Below, one piece after another: positions 11,026-23,424 of a stretch of 64,000 nt of DNA. Under the pieces are notes generated by a model, which worked only from the letters and a program-made list of their open reading frames with translations, made no database searches and had not been told where the DNA came from. A program made the translations under genes and the position numbers. This DNA is from Felis catus (taxonomy: Eukaryota). Each line of letters begins with the position of its first letter. Within the stretch, counting starts at the first letter, position 1. Location: positions 171,866,001 to 171,930,000 of the forward strand of contig NC_058368.1 in assembly GCF_018350175.1 (NCBI RefSeq), written 5' to 3'.

Positions 11026-13449
11026 GTGAATATTTTTTTTAATATACTGTTGAATTCGATTTGCTAGTATCTTGTTGAGAGCTTTTGCATCCACGTTCAT
11101 CAGTGATATTGGCCTGTAATTCTCCTTTTTAGTGGGGTCTCTGTCTGGTTTGGGAATCAAAGTAATGATGTCTTCATAGAATGAGTCCAGAAGCTTCCTT
11201 CTGTTTCTATTTTTTTTGGAACAGCTTGAGAAGGAGAGGTATTAATTCTGCTTTAAATGTCTGGTAGAATTCCCCTGGGATGCCATCTGGCCCAGGGCTC
11301 TTATTTGTTGAGAGATTTTTGACAACTGATTCAATTTCTTCACTGGTTATGGGTCTGTTCAAATTTTCTCTTCCTGTTTGAGTTTTAGAAGTGTGTGGGT
11401 GTCTAGGAATCTGTCCATTTCTTCCAGGTTGTCCAGTTTGTTGGCATATAATTTTTCATAGTATTCTCTGATGATTGTTTGTATTTCTGAGGGGTTGGTT
11501 GAGATAAATCCAATTTCATTCGTGATTTTATCTATTTGTCTTCTCTGTGTTTTCTTTTTGAGAAGTCTGGTTGATCAGTTTTGTTTGTTTTTTCAAAAAA
11601 ACAGCTCTTAGATTCACTGATTTGTTCTGTGTTTTGTTTTGTGTTTTGTTTTGTGTTTTGTTTTTTTTTTTTTGATTCTATGTTGTTTATTTCTGCTCTA
11701 ATCTTTATTATTTCTCTTCTTCTGCTGGCTTTGGGGTTTCTTTGCTGTTCTGTTTCCAGTTCTTTTAGGTGTGCAGTTAGGTTTTGTGTTTGAGGTTTTT
11801 CTTGTTTCTTGAGATAGGCCTGGATTGCAATGTATTTTCCCCTTAGGACTGCCTTTGCTGCATCCCAAAGTGTCTGGACTGTAGTGTTTTCATTTCGTTT
11901 GCCTCCATACATTTTTAAATTTCTTCTTTAATTGCCTGGTTGATGCATTTATTCTTTAGTAGGATGTTCTTTAACCTCCATGCATTTGGAAGCTTTCCAA
12001 ATTTTTTCTTGTGGTTGATTTCAAGCTTCATAGCATTGTGATCTGAAAATATACATGGTATGATCTCAGTTCTTTTATATTTATTGAGGGCTGTTTGTGA
12101 CCCAGTATGGGATCTATCTTGGAGAATGTTCCGTGTGCACTCGAGAAGAATGTGTATTCTGCTTTTGGATGAAAAGTCCTGAATATATCTGTCCAGTATA
12201 TCATTCAAGGACATTGTGTTTTTATTGATTTTCTGCCTAGATGATCTGTTCATTGTTGTAAGTGGAGTATTAAAGTCCCCTGCAATTACCATATTCTTAC
12301 CAATAAGATTGCTTATGTTTGTGATTGATTTATATATTTGGCTGCTGCAAGCTGGGGGCATAAACATTTACAATTGTTAGCTCTTCTTGATGGGTAGACC
12401 CCATAATTATGATATAATGACCTTTTTCATTGCTTGTTATAGCCTTTCGTTTAAAATGTAGTTTGTCTGATATAAGTATGGCTATTCCAGCTTTCTTTTG
12501 ACTTTCAGTAGCATGATATGTTGTTCTCCATCCCCTCATTTTCAATCTGAAGGTGTCCTCAGGTCTAAAATGAGTCTCTTGTAGACAGCATATATATGGA
12601 TCTTGTTGTCATTTTTTTTAATCTATTCTGATACTCTGTGTCTTTTGATTGGAGCATTTAGTCCATTTACATTCAGAGTTATTGAAAGATAAAGATTTAC
12701 TGTCATTGTGTTATCTGTAGGTTTCATGCTTGTGGTGATGTCTCTGGTCCTTTGTGGTCTTTGCAGCATTCCATTCAGAATCCCCCTTAGGATCTCTTGC
12801 AGGGCTGGTTTAGTGGTCATGAATTCCTTCAGTTTTTGTCTGGGAAAGCATTTATCTCTACATCTATTCTGAATGACAGCTTTGGTGAATAAAAGATTCT
12901 TGGCTGCATATTTTTCCTATTAAGCACATTGAATATTTACTGCCACTCCCTTCTGGCCTGCCAAGTTTCAGTGGACAGGTTGGCTACTACCCTTAAGTGT
13001 CTGCCCTTGTAGGTAAGGCCTATTTGTTCCTGGCTGTGTTCAAAATTCTCTATCTTTGTATTTTGCCAGTTTCAGTATGATTTGCTGTGGAGAAGACCTA
13101 TTCTTGTTAAATCTGAGGGGAGTTCTCTGTGCCTCCTGGATGTGGATATCTACCTCCTTCCCCAAATTAGGGAAGTTCTTAGCTATAATTTGTTCAAGTA
13201 AACCTTCTTCTACCTCTGTCTCTCTCTCTCCTTTTTCTGGAACTCCTATGATACAGATATTATGTTTTCTTGAATCACTTAGTTCTCTAATTCTCTCCTC
13301 GTGGTCTAGTATTTTCTTATCGCTCTTTTTCTCGGCTTCATTGTTTTCCATAAGTTTATCTTATTTTGTCACTTATTCTCTCCTCTGCTTCCTCCATCCT
13401 TGATATCACTGCATCTAGTTTATTTTGCACGTCAGTTACAACATTTCTT

Positions 13450-13680
13450 TTTTTTTTTTTTTTTTAATTTTTTTTTTTCAACGTTTATTTATTTTTGGGA
13501 CAGAGAGAGACAGAGCATGAACGGGCAAGGGGCAGAGAGAGAGGGAGACACAGAATCGGAAACAGGCTCCAGGCTCCGAGCCATCAGCCCAGAGCCCGAC
13601 GCGGGGCTCGAACTCACGGACCGCAAGATCGTGACCTGGCTGAAGTCGGACGCTCAACCGACTGCGCCACCCAGGCGCCC
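13450..13680 (-). mobile_element. Young-type felid CanSINE in L1 ORF1
   Basis: Perfect TSD CAGTTACAACATTTCTT at 13433-13449 and 13681-13697. Confidence 0.97.
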
Positions 13681-15847
13681 CAGTTACAACATTTCTTAAT
13701 TCGTCATGACTATTCCTTAGTTCCTTGATTTCTGTAACAATAGATTGTCTGCTGTCTTCTATGCTTTTTTGAAGCCCAGCTATTAATTATTATGACTATT
13801 AATCCTAAATTCTTGCTCACATATATTGTTTATATCTATTTTGAGCAATTTTCTAGCTGTCATTTCTTCCTGGAATTTCTTTAGGGGAGAATTCTTCCAT
13901 TTTGGCAGGTTGACTAGTTTTCTGACCCTTCTGTGTTTTAATAGCTTATTATGTGTCCTTTATCTGTGAGCACTATTATATTAAAAACGGGTCATACACT
14001 GTCCAGGGCCTGGTCCTTCAGGAGGTGTTTTTGGAGTGTGTTGTGTGCCCTCTATTGTTGTGACTGGTTGCTTTATACTGATGGTACTGGTGGTTTGGGC
14101 CTTCCACCAGTTGTGCTTTGATTTGTTCATTGAAGTAACTCTGGAAAAAATTTTAAAAAAAGCAAGGCGGGGGTGGTGATGGAAGAAGCTTTATCCCATG
14201 CAGAGAGAAATGACAGGGGTAGGGAAAAAGGAAAAGAAAAATTTGACCAGGCAGAGAATCAGAGAAACTATACGGCTTGATCCAGAGGGGGAGAGAGAGA
14301 GAAAGAGACAGAGAAAAATGAAGAAAGAGATACAAAAGAGGTGTAAAAAGAAGGGATTAAAAATGTCTGCTTAAACAAACCAGCAACCATAATAACAAGA
14401 ATAGAGAAGGGAAGGAATAAGCAGAAGAGGAAGAAGAAAAATATATACATATTAAATAAGAATTGACCAAGAACCAAATCAGAAAATGCAAAACTGCTGG
14501 ACTGATATTTGATGGTGCCTTGGAACTGATGACTGTGCTGGTCTGGAAGAGGGGCTGTCTGGTCTGGTCAGTGTCAGTCTTGCTCAGGTACATATGCAAT
14601 TACCAGGTACAAGGGGCATGGTTTGGTGTAGGCGGATCTGCCTCCGCTGTGGGCCCACTGCCTGTTCCCTGAAGCCTCACCTTGTTGGTGATGGGGAGAA
14701 TAATGGTGACACCCCAGTCTCTCCCCACTCCCCACCAAGTGTCCCAAACCACTCTGTTCAGGCCGTCCTCACAGTGCCGTGCAAGTGCACCAGTTTGTTT
14801 CTTTCCACAGTCTCCCTTGCCTCCCAGGTGCTCGGCTGGGATTCAAACCCTGATGTCTTAAAGGATCCTGCTCCTCGTGCCCCGGTTCCAGGGAAGTACC
14901 ACTCCACCCTGGGAGCCGACAAAGGGCCTCTGGCCCCTCATAGTGTTGCCCGGCGCAAGCAGTCCAGATCCTGCTCCACACTCCCCGGTTCCAGCAAAGT
15001 GCCACTCCACCCAGCCAGCCTGTACAAGGCCTCTGGCTGGTGGGAGCCTGCAGAGTCTTTTGTCTTTGGAGGCTATTTGCCTTCTTCCCACAGCACTCAA
15101 GGGAGAGGATTGCTCTCTCCGACTGCACCTCTGAGGTGGCTACCAAGCCCACAGCTGGCTCCCCTCCTCCCCAGGTGTGTGCACAGAGCTGTCCCAGTCT
15201 TGAGAAAGCCCTGCAACCCTAGAATAAGGTAGAAATTGGTTCTTTCTCTGTTTTTCTGTGCCCCGCTCTGTGGTTTTTATCGTGTCCAAATACAATCCTA
15301 CACCTCCACAGCCTCTCTTCCCCTTCCTTTTGTTTCTCCGAACACAAGGGGATCCCTCCCCTTCCATGCCTGCACTGCCCGTTTCTTCTCTCCCAGTTTG
15401 CAATCATTCACCCAGTTGTCCCCATTGGCCCCTGGAGATGTTTCTGTCACTCTGTAGCCCAGATTCCTGGAATTCCCAGTCTTCTGGCCTCAGTACTGTT
15501 GTGTTTGAGGGAGGAGGGAACTTCAGGTCCCTCTACTTCTCCGCCATGTTGACTCCTCCAGTAGTTACATATTCTTACTGACTGTTATGAAGTTTTCATC
15601 TTTTATTTGGATAATGTTTTTTTTGCATTAAAGTTTAGTTTGTCAGAGATTGCTATAGCAATACTAGCTTTCTTTTCATTATTGTTTGTGTGGTATACCT
15701 TTTTCTATTCTTTTACCTCTAACCTTTTTGTCTGTTTTTGGTGTCTGCTGTGTGACATGGTTGGATTTAACTCTCCCGTCTTGCTGTATACTTTACATTT
15801 GCCCTATTTGTTCCTTTTTCTCTACTTTCTTGACATTTATTTTCTAC

Positions 15848-16063
15848 TTTAAAAAATTTTTTTTAACGTTTATTTTTGAGACAGAGACAGAGCATGAATG
15901 GGGGAGGGTCAGAGAGAGAGAGAGGGAGACACAGAATCTGAAACAGGCTCCAGGCTCTGCGCTGTCAGCACAGAGCCCGACGCGGGGCTCAAACTCACGG
16001 ACCGCGAGATCAGGACCTGAGCCGAAGTCAGACGCTTAACCGACTGAGCCACCCAGGTGCCCC
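15848..16063 (-). mobile_element. CanSINE
   Basis: Complete antisense SINE body. Confidence 0.95.
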
Positions 16064-18136
16064 TTTTCTTGCCATTTAGATAAGCTGGCTCTTTTATCAT
16101 TTCAGATTTTTCCCCTTATTTTTTCAAAGTTACTACCTTTTTTTATTTTTACTGGTTACTAGAATTTTTATTTGGTTCTTTTTCATATTTACCATGCCAC
16201 TTCTTACAGTTTTCAGTTCCATGGAAAAATAGTTAAGGTTGACTTTATCTCTTAGAGTGCATAGTATTTTTCAGTCTGTGTCTTGTAATTCCAACATGTC
16301 AACTCTGTGGGTCTGATTCTGTTGTCTGTTGTGGAAAAAATTGGACGCATAAGATGAAGTTAATTTTCTCTAGAGATTTTCAATTGCTATTGCCAAGTGC
16401 CTTGGAGTATGATACCATCTTAATCCAATTTCTGGGCCACCTTCTGGTTCCTTCTTTCACCAACTTGTTCAGGGAGGAATTGACATTTCTACAGTAGTTA
16501 TTTCTTCGTGTTAAGGGCTCTTTTATGTTATAAATGAGATATCTGGAAAAGATAAACATTTAAGGTATGTTTGCCCTTTAATACTTCAGCATATGTTATT
16601 TACCATATTATTCCATTACTTTGCAAAGCCTCAAGGGTAGGAGACAGACATATTTTCTTTGACAGAAGTCAGAAATACTTGTAACATACAGATAGTTACA
16701 TTGGGAGAGGAATTCTTCCTGTGAGCAAAGAGATATAATGTGAATGCTTTTGAGGCAGAGATATGTCAAGAGGGAAGGAGAATACACAGCTGAAGGAAGA
16801 CTGCAAACAGTTGTCCTTTAGTATTTTTGTTGAAAGTAGGATTCATTTCCAGTAATTGTAACAGTTTTCTGTTTGCCATGTGGATATTGTGATGTCTATT
16901 TTTATTTTCCAAAATATTTTTTGGTATATCTCAGGGATAGAACATGATATTTGAACGTTTTTACCCATATCTATTTAAAATATTATATGTATAATTTGCA
17001 TTTGATTTCAGAAATTAAATCTATTAAATAGGTTGAACATACAGGTTAGAAATCTTACCAGGCAAAATGTAGTAATCTATATAAATTAACATTCTGTGGT
17101 TGGAGGGGTGTTGAAAATTTGGTGTAACATACCAGTATATTTTTATTTTAAAAACATTTAACTTGGTATTAATCATAGGTGTTACCATGAAATACCACCT
17201 GGCATTTTGTGATTATGTTGATAAAACAACAAAATACAAAAGCAGTTCTATTTTCAGGAAACCTAGAATTCTTGTATTTGTTTACTTGATTCTTTTTTTC
17301 TCTCTGCTAAAAGAAACTAGTAAGTTTCTTGTTAATTACAGTTCCTTAACTTCCTTACTCTGTCAGATTTAAATAGCTTCTTTGTTTTAGGATTGCTCAC
17401 TTCCCTTCAGAGAACCAAAGAAGGAAATGAAGTGACAGAATTTTAAAATTGGAAGAGACTCCAGATAACAGGTCTTTCATGTGCCCTCTGTTCCTCCCTT
17501 CTCCCATTTTAAAAGTGTGAAGACAGAGGCCTGAGGAAGCCTGGGTGACTTGATTTGCTTAAAGTTATAATGACCTAATGTCCACATCTCTTACTGTTGA
17601 TAGTTTCTTGTGGTTTTACTTTTTTCCAAACGTAACTTATTTTTTATATCTTTCATATAAGTTATCAATTATAGCAAAAGCTATCTTGTTAGAATCCCAG
17701 CTGATACATATATTTTTTTGTTTTCCAAGTTTTTATTTAAATTCAAGTTAGTTAACATACAGCGTAGTCTTAGTTTCGAGAGTAGAATTTAGTGATTCAT
17801 CACTTTCATGTAATACCCAGTGTGCATCCCAAAAAGTGCCCTCCTTAATGCCCCTCACCCATTTAGCCCATTACCCCACCTACCTCCCCTACAGCAAGCC
17901 TGTTTGTTCTCTATAGTTAAGAGTCTTTTATGGTTTGTCTCCCTCTCTGTTTTTATCTTTATTTTTCCTTCCCTTCCCCTATGTTCTCCTGTTTTGTTTC
18001 TGAAATTCCATGTATGAGTGAAATCATGTGGTATTTGTCTTTCTCTGGTTTATTTCACTTAGCACAGTCCACTCTAATTCCATCCACATTATTGCAAATG
18101 ACAAGATTTCGTTCTTTTTGATGGCTGAGTAATATT

Positions 18137-18138
<2 letters not shown>

Positions 18139-18176
<38 letters not shown>
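18139..18176. repeat. (TG)19 microsatellite
   Basis: Direct read. Confidence 0.98.
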
Positions 18177-18179
<3 letters not shown>

Positions 18180-18367
18180 ATACACCACATCTTCTTTTTC
18201 CACTTATCAGTTGATGGACTTTGGGCTCTTTCCATAATTTGGCTCTTGTTGATAGTGCTGCTGTAAACATTGGGGTGCATGTGCCCCTTTGAATCGGTAT
18301 TTTTGTATCCTTTGGATAAATACCTATTGGTGCAGTTGCTGAGTCATAGGGTAGCTCTATCTTTAAC

Positions 18368-18588
18368 TTTTTTTTTTAATTTTTTTAAATGTTTATTCAT
18401 TTTTGAAAGACAGAGACAGAGCACAAGAAGGGGTGGGGCGGAGAAAGAGGGGGACACAGAATCTGAAGCAGGCTCTAGGCTCTGAGCTGTCAACACAGAG
18501 CCTGACGTGGGGCTCAAACTCACGAACCATGAGATCATGACCTGAGCTGAAGTCAGACATTCAACCAACTGAGCCACCCAAGCACCCC
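18368..18588 (-). mobile_element. CanSINE in L1
   Basis: TSD TCTAT(C/T)TTTAACTTT flanks. Confidence 0.95.
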
Positions 18589-20183
18589 ATCTATTTTTAA
18601 CTTTCTGATCAACCGCCACACTATTTTACTGAGTGACTGCATCAGTTTCAATTCCCGGCTCCCCTTTCTCTACAGCGTCACCAACATCTGTTGTTCCCTG
18701 AGTTGTTAATTTTAGCCATTCTGACAGGTGTGAGGTGGTAGCTCATTGTGGTTTTGATTTGTATTTCCCTAATGATGAGTGATGTTGAGCATTTTTTCAT
18801 ATGTCTGTTAGCCATTAGTATATTTTTGGGTTTTTTGGGGTTTTTTTAGAGAAATGTCTGTTCATGTCTTCTGCCCATTTCTTAACTGCGTCATTTATTT
18901 TTTGGGTGTTGAGTTTTATAAGTTCTTTATAGATTTTGGATACTAGCCCTTTTTCCAATATGTCCTTTGCAAATATCTTCTCCCAGTCTCTAGATTGCCT
19001 TTTAGTTTTGTTGACTGTTTCCTTTGCTGTGCAGAAGCTTTTTATCTTGAGGAAGTCCCAGTAGTTCAGTTTTGCTTTTATTTCCCTTGCCTTCAGAGAC
19101 ATGCCTAGTAAGAAGTTGCTGTGGCCGAGGTCAAAGAGGTTGCTGCCTGTTTTCTCCTCTAGGATTTTGGTGGTTTCTTATCTCACATTTAGATCTTTCA
19201 TCCGTTTTGAATTTATTTTTGTGTGTGGTGTAAGAAAGTGGTCCAGTTTCATTCTCTGCATGTCTCTGTCTAGTTTTCCCAGCACCATTTGTTGATAAGA
19301 CTGTCTTTTTACCACTACATATTCTTTCCTGCTCTGTTGAAGATTAATTCACCATATAATTGTGGGTTCATTTCTGGATTTTCTATTCTGTTCTATTCAT
19401 CTTTGTATCTGCTTTTGTGCCAGTACCATACTCCCTTGATAATTACAGCTTTGTAATACAGCTTAAGGTCTGGAATTGTGTAGCCTCCTGCTTTGCTCTG
19501 CTTTTCAATATTACTTTGGCTATTTGGGGTCTTTTTGGTTCCATACAAATTTTAGATTTGTTTGTTCTCACTCTGTAAAAAATGCTGTTGGTATTTTGAT
19601 AGTGATTGCATTGAACATGTAGATTGCTCTGGGTAGTATAGACAGTTTAACAGTATTTGTTCTTCCAGTCCACGAGCGTGAGATGTTTTTCCATTTCATT
19701 GTGTCTTTTTTTTCATAAGTGGTCTATGGTTTTCAAAGTACAGATCTTTTACCTCTTTGGTTAGGTTTATTCCTAGGTATCTTATGGTTTTTGGTGCAAT
19801 TGTAAATGAGACTGATTCCTTGATATTTCTTTCTGCTGCTTCATTATTAGTGTATAGAAATGGAACGGGTTTCTGTACATTGATTTTATATCCTGTGACT
19901 TTAGGTGAATTCATGTATCCATTCTCGCAATTTTTTGATGGAGTCTCTCAGGTTTTCTACATAGAATAACATGTTCTTTGCAAAGAAAGGGTGACAGTTT
20001 GACTTCTTCTTTGCTGGTTTGGATGCTATTTTTTTTGGTGTTGTCTGATTGCTGAGGCTAGGACTTTCAGTAATATGTTGAACAACAGTGGTGAGGGTGG
20101 ACACCTTGTGTTCCTGATGTTAGGGGGAAAGCTCTCAGTTTTTCCCCATTGAGGATAATATAGCTGTGGGTCTTCCATAGGTC

Positions 20184-20240
20184 CACGAACCATGAGATCA
20201 TGATCTGAGCCAACATTGGACACTTAGCCAACTGAGCCAC
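20184..20240 (-). mobile_element. Tail-less internal CanSINE fragment in L1 ORF2
   Basis: CACGAACCATGAGATCATGATCTGAGCC...ACTGAGCCAC matches the tRNA-derived SINE head region only. Confidence 0.85.
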
Positions 20241-20842
20241 GTAGACTTTTATGATGTTGAGGTATGTTCCTGCTATTCTTACTCTCTTGCGAGTTTTTAT
20301 CAAGAAAGGATGCTGTATTTTGTCAAATGGTTTTTCTGCATCTATTGAGAGGATCATATGTTTCTTATCCTTTCTTTTATTCATGTGGTGAATCATGCTG
20401 ATTGATTTGCAGATATTGAACCACTCCTGCAGGCCAGGAATAAATCCTACTTGATCATGGTGAATAATTCTTTTAATGTACTGTTGGATTTGACTTGCTA
20501 GTATCTTGTTGAGAATTTTTGCATCCTTGTTCATCAGGGATATTGGCCTTTAATTCTCCTTTTTAGTGGGGTCTTTGGTTTTGGAATCAAGGTAGTGCTG
20601 GCCTTGTAGCATGAGTTTGGAAGTTTTCCTTCCATTTCTATTTTTTGGAACAATTTCAAAAGAATAGGTATTAACTTTTCTTTAAATGTTTGGTAGAATT
20701 CCCCTGGCCCTGGTCTGTTGTTTCATGGGAGATTTTTGATTACTGATTCAATTTATTTGCTGGTTATGGGTTTGTTCAGATTTTCTACTTCTTCCATTTG
20801 AGTGTTGGTAGTGTGTCAGTGTCTAGGAATTCATCCATTTCT

Positions 20843-21024
20843 TCTTTTTTTTATGCTTATTTTATTTTTGAAAGATTCAGAATATGAGCTGGGGAGAGGC
20901 AAAGAGAGAGGGAGACAGAATCGAAGCAGGCTCCAGGCTCTGAGCTGTCTCGAACCCACGGACCATGAGATCGTGACCTGAGGCAAAGTTGGATGCTTAA
21001 CTGATTGAGCCACCCAGGCACTCC
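20843..21024 (-). mobile_element. CanSINE with internal deletion
   Basis: Antisense body; flanking GAATT..TCCATTTCTT repeats. Confidence 0.93.
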
Positions 21025-21271
21025 AGAATTTGTCCATTTCTTCCAGATTGTCCAGTTTGTTGACATAATTTTTCATAGTATTCTCTAATAATCATTTGTA
21101 TTTCTGCAGTGTTGGCTGTGATCTCTTGTCTTTCATTCGTGATTTTATTTATTTGAGCCCTTTCTCTTTTCTTTTTGGTAAGTCTGGTTAGGGGCTTATG
21201 TTAATTCTTTCAAAGAACCAGCCCCTGGTTCCATTGATTTGTTCTACTGTTTCTTTGATTTCTGTATCATT

Positions 21272-21500
21272 TGTTGTTGTTTTTTTTGTAAAGCTTATTT
21301 ATTTTGAGAGAGAGAAAGAAAAAAAAAAACACGAGCAGGAGAGGGGCAGAAAGAGAGGGAGAGAGGGAATCCCAAGCGGCCCCCTCGCTGTCAGCACAGA
21401 GTTGAATGTGGGGTTCGATCTCACCAACCATGAGAGCATGAACTGAGCTGAGATAAAAAAAAAGTTGGACGCTTAACTGACTGAATCACCCAGGTGCCCC
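21272..21500 (-). mobile_element. Older CanSINE in L1 ORF2
   Basis: Antisense body ending CAGGTGCCCC; TATCATTT repeats flank. Confidence 0.9.
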
Positions 21501-22331
21501 TATATCATTTATTTCTGCTCTAATCTTTATTACTTCCCTTTGGCTGGTTTAGACTTTTTCCTAAAGATATTTTTTAGCTTTTTTTTTTTTTTTTTTTTTT
21601 TAGCGTTTCCCCTAACGTATGGTTAAGTTGTATATTTGAGACTTTTCTTGCTTCTTGAGATTAGCCTGTATTGCTATATACTTCCCTCTCATGACTGCTT
21701 TTGCTATGTCCCAGAGATTTTGGACTGTCATGTTTTCATTTTCCATTTGCTCCCATGTATTTTTTAGTTTCTTCTTCAATTTCTTTGTTAACCCATTCAT
21801 TTTTTAGTAGGATGTTCTTTAAACTCCCATGTATGTGTGGCCTTTCCAAATTTTTTCTTGTGGTTGACTTCAGGTTTCATAGATAGCATTGTGGTCTGAA
21901 AATATGCATGGTATGATCTCAGTCTTTTTGTACTGGTTAAGGTCTGATTTGTGACCTGGTATGTGATCTGTTCTGGAGAATGTTGCATGTGTACTTGAAA
22001 AGAATGTGTATTCTGTTGTTTTAGGATAAAATGTTCTGAATATGTATGTTAAGTCCCTCTGGTCCGGTATGTCCTTCAAAGCCATTGTTTCCTTGTTGAT
22101 CTTCTGCTTAGGTGATTTGTTCATTGTTGTAAGTGAGGTGTCCCCTACTATTCTTGTATTATTATCAATGAGTTTCTTTAAATTTGTTATTAATTGATTT
22201 ATATATTTGGCTTCCTCCAAGTTGGGGGCATATTTACACTTGTTAGATCTTCTTATTGGATAGACTTCTTTATTATGATACATTGCTCTTCTTCATCTCT
22301 TATTACAGTCTTTGGTTTAAAATCTGTTTGA

Positions 22332-22545
22332 GGGGCACCTGGGTGGCTCAGTCAGTTGGGCGTCCGACTTTGGCTCAGGTCGTGATCTTGCAGTCTGTGA
22401 GTTCAAGCCCCATGTCGGGCTCTGAGCTGACGGCTCAGAGCCTGGAGCCTGCTTCAGATTCTGTGTCTCCCTCTCTCTCTCTGCCCCTTCCTTGCTCTCA
22501 CTGTGTCTCTCTCTCAAAAATTAAAAAAAAAAAAAAATGAATAAA
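22332..22545 (+). mobile_element. CanSINE
   Basis: TSD AAAATCTGTTTGA flanks. Confidence 0.95.
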
Positions 22546-23206
22546 ATCTGTTTGATATAATTATGGCTATTCCAGTTTTCTTTTGATGTCTATTAGTATG
22601 ATAAATGGTTCTCCACACCTTACTTTCAATCTGGAGGTATCTTTCATTCTAAAATGAGTCTCTTGCAAGTAGCATATCAATTGGTGTGGTTTTTTAAATC
22701 CATTCTGATACCCTATGTATTTTGATTGGAGCATTTAGTCCATTTACATTCAGACTAATTATTGATAGGTATGAATTTATTGCCATTGTATTACCTGTAA
22801 AGTTGCTGTTCCTGTAGATAATCTCTGTTCCTTTCTAGTCTTTGTTGCTTTTGGTCTCTCTTTCTGCTCACAGGGTCCCCTTTACTATTTTTTGCATAGC
22901 TGGTTTAGTGTTTTTGAACTCCTTTAATTTTTGTCTTGGAAACTATCTCTCCCTCTTTTCTGAAAGACAACCTTGCTAGTTAAAGTATTCTCGACTGTAT
23001 ATTTTTCCCACTTAGCACAGTAAATATATAATGCCACTCCCTTATGGCCTGCCAAGTTTCTGTGGGCATGTCTGCTGCTGACCTTTTATGTCTACCCTTA
23101 TAGGTTAAGGTTTGTCCCTGGCTGCTTTAAAAAGAATTCTCTTTTTATCTTTGTGTTTTGCAAATTTCACTATGATATGTCTTGGTGTTCACCTGTTTTT
23201 GTTGAT

Positions 23207-23424
23207 TTAAAAAAAATTTTTTTTTTTATATTTATTTTTGGAGAGACAGAGACAGAGCACAAGTTGGGGATGGGCAGAGAGAGAAGGAGACACAGAATCT
23301 GAAGCAGGCTCCAGGCTCCAAGCTGTCAGGACAGAGCCAGATGCGGGGCTTGAACTCATAAACTGTGAGATCATGACCTGAGCCAAAGTCAGATGCTTAA
23401 CTGACTGAGCCACCCAGGCACCCC
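23207..23424 (-). mobile_element. CanSINE at the L1 5' breakpoint
   Basis: Complete antisense body. Confidence 0.95.

Larger units (their letters stand above)
8419..15559 (-). mobile_element. Full-length decayed carnivore LINE-1 (5'UTR, ORF1, ORF2, 3'UTR, poly-A)
   Basis: Perfect 17-bp TSD AGTAGTTACATATTCTT at 8402-8418 and 15560-15576; 5' end GGAGGAGTCAACATGGCGG; ORF1 fragment (NFPNLGKEVDIHIQEAQRTP), endonuclease (AGDFNTPL, FSDHNAMKLEI) and RT ([24 protein letters not shown]) fragments broken by stops and frameshifts. Confidence 0.97.
17713..23206 (-). mobile_element. Carnivore LINE-1, 5'-truncated within ORF1, with five internal SINE pieces
   Basis: 3' end AGTTTTTATTTAAATTCAAGTTAGTTAACATAC; RT fragment [23 protein letters not shown]; endonuclease fragment FSRTDHI...FSDHNA; ORF1 C-terminal region near 22870-23200; no 5'UTR seen. 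Confidence 0.95.

Noticed and set aside
14594..15232. 212-aa ORF antisense to the L1 5'UTR (ORF0-like idea)
   Set aside because: Lies in GC-rich UTR sequence where long open frames arise by chance; no recognisable homology and no evidence it is shared by other copies.
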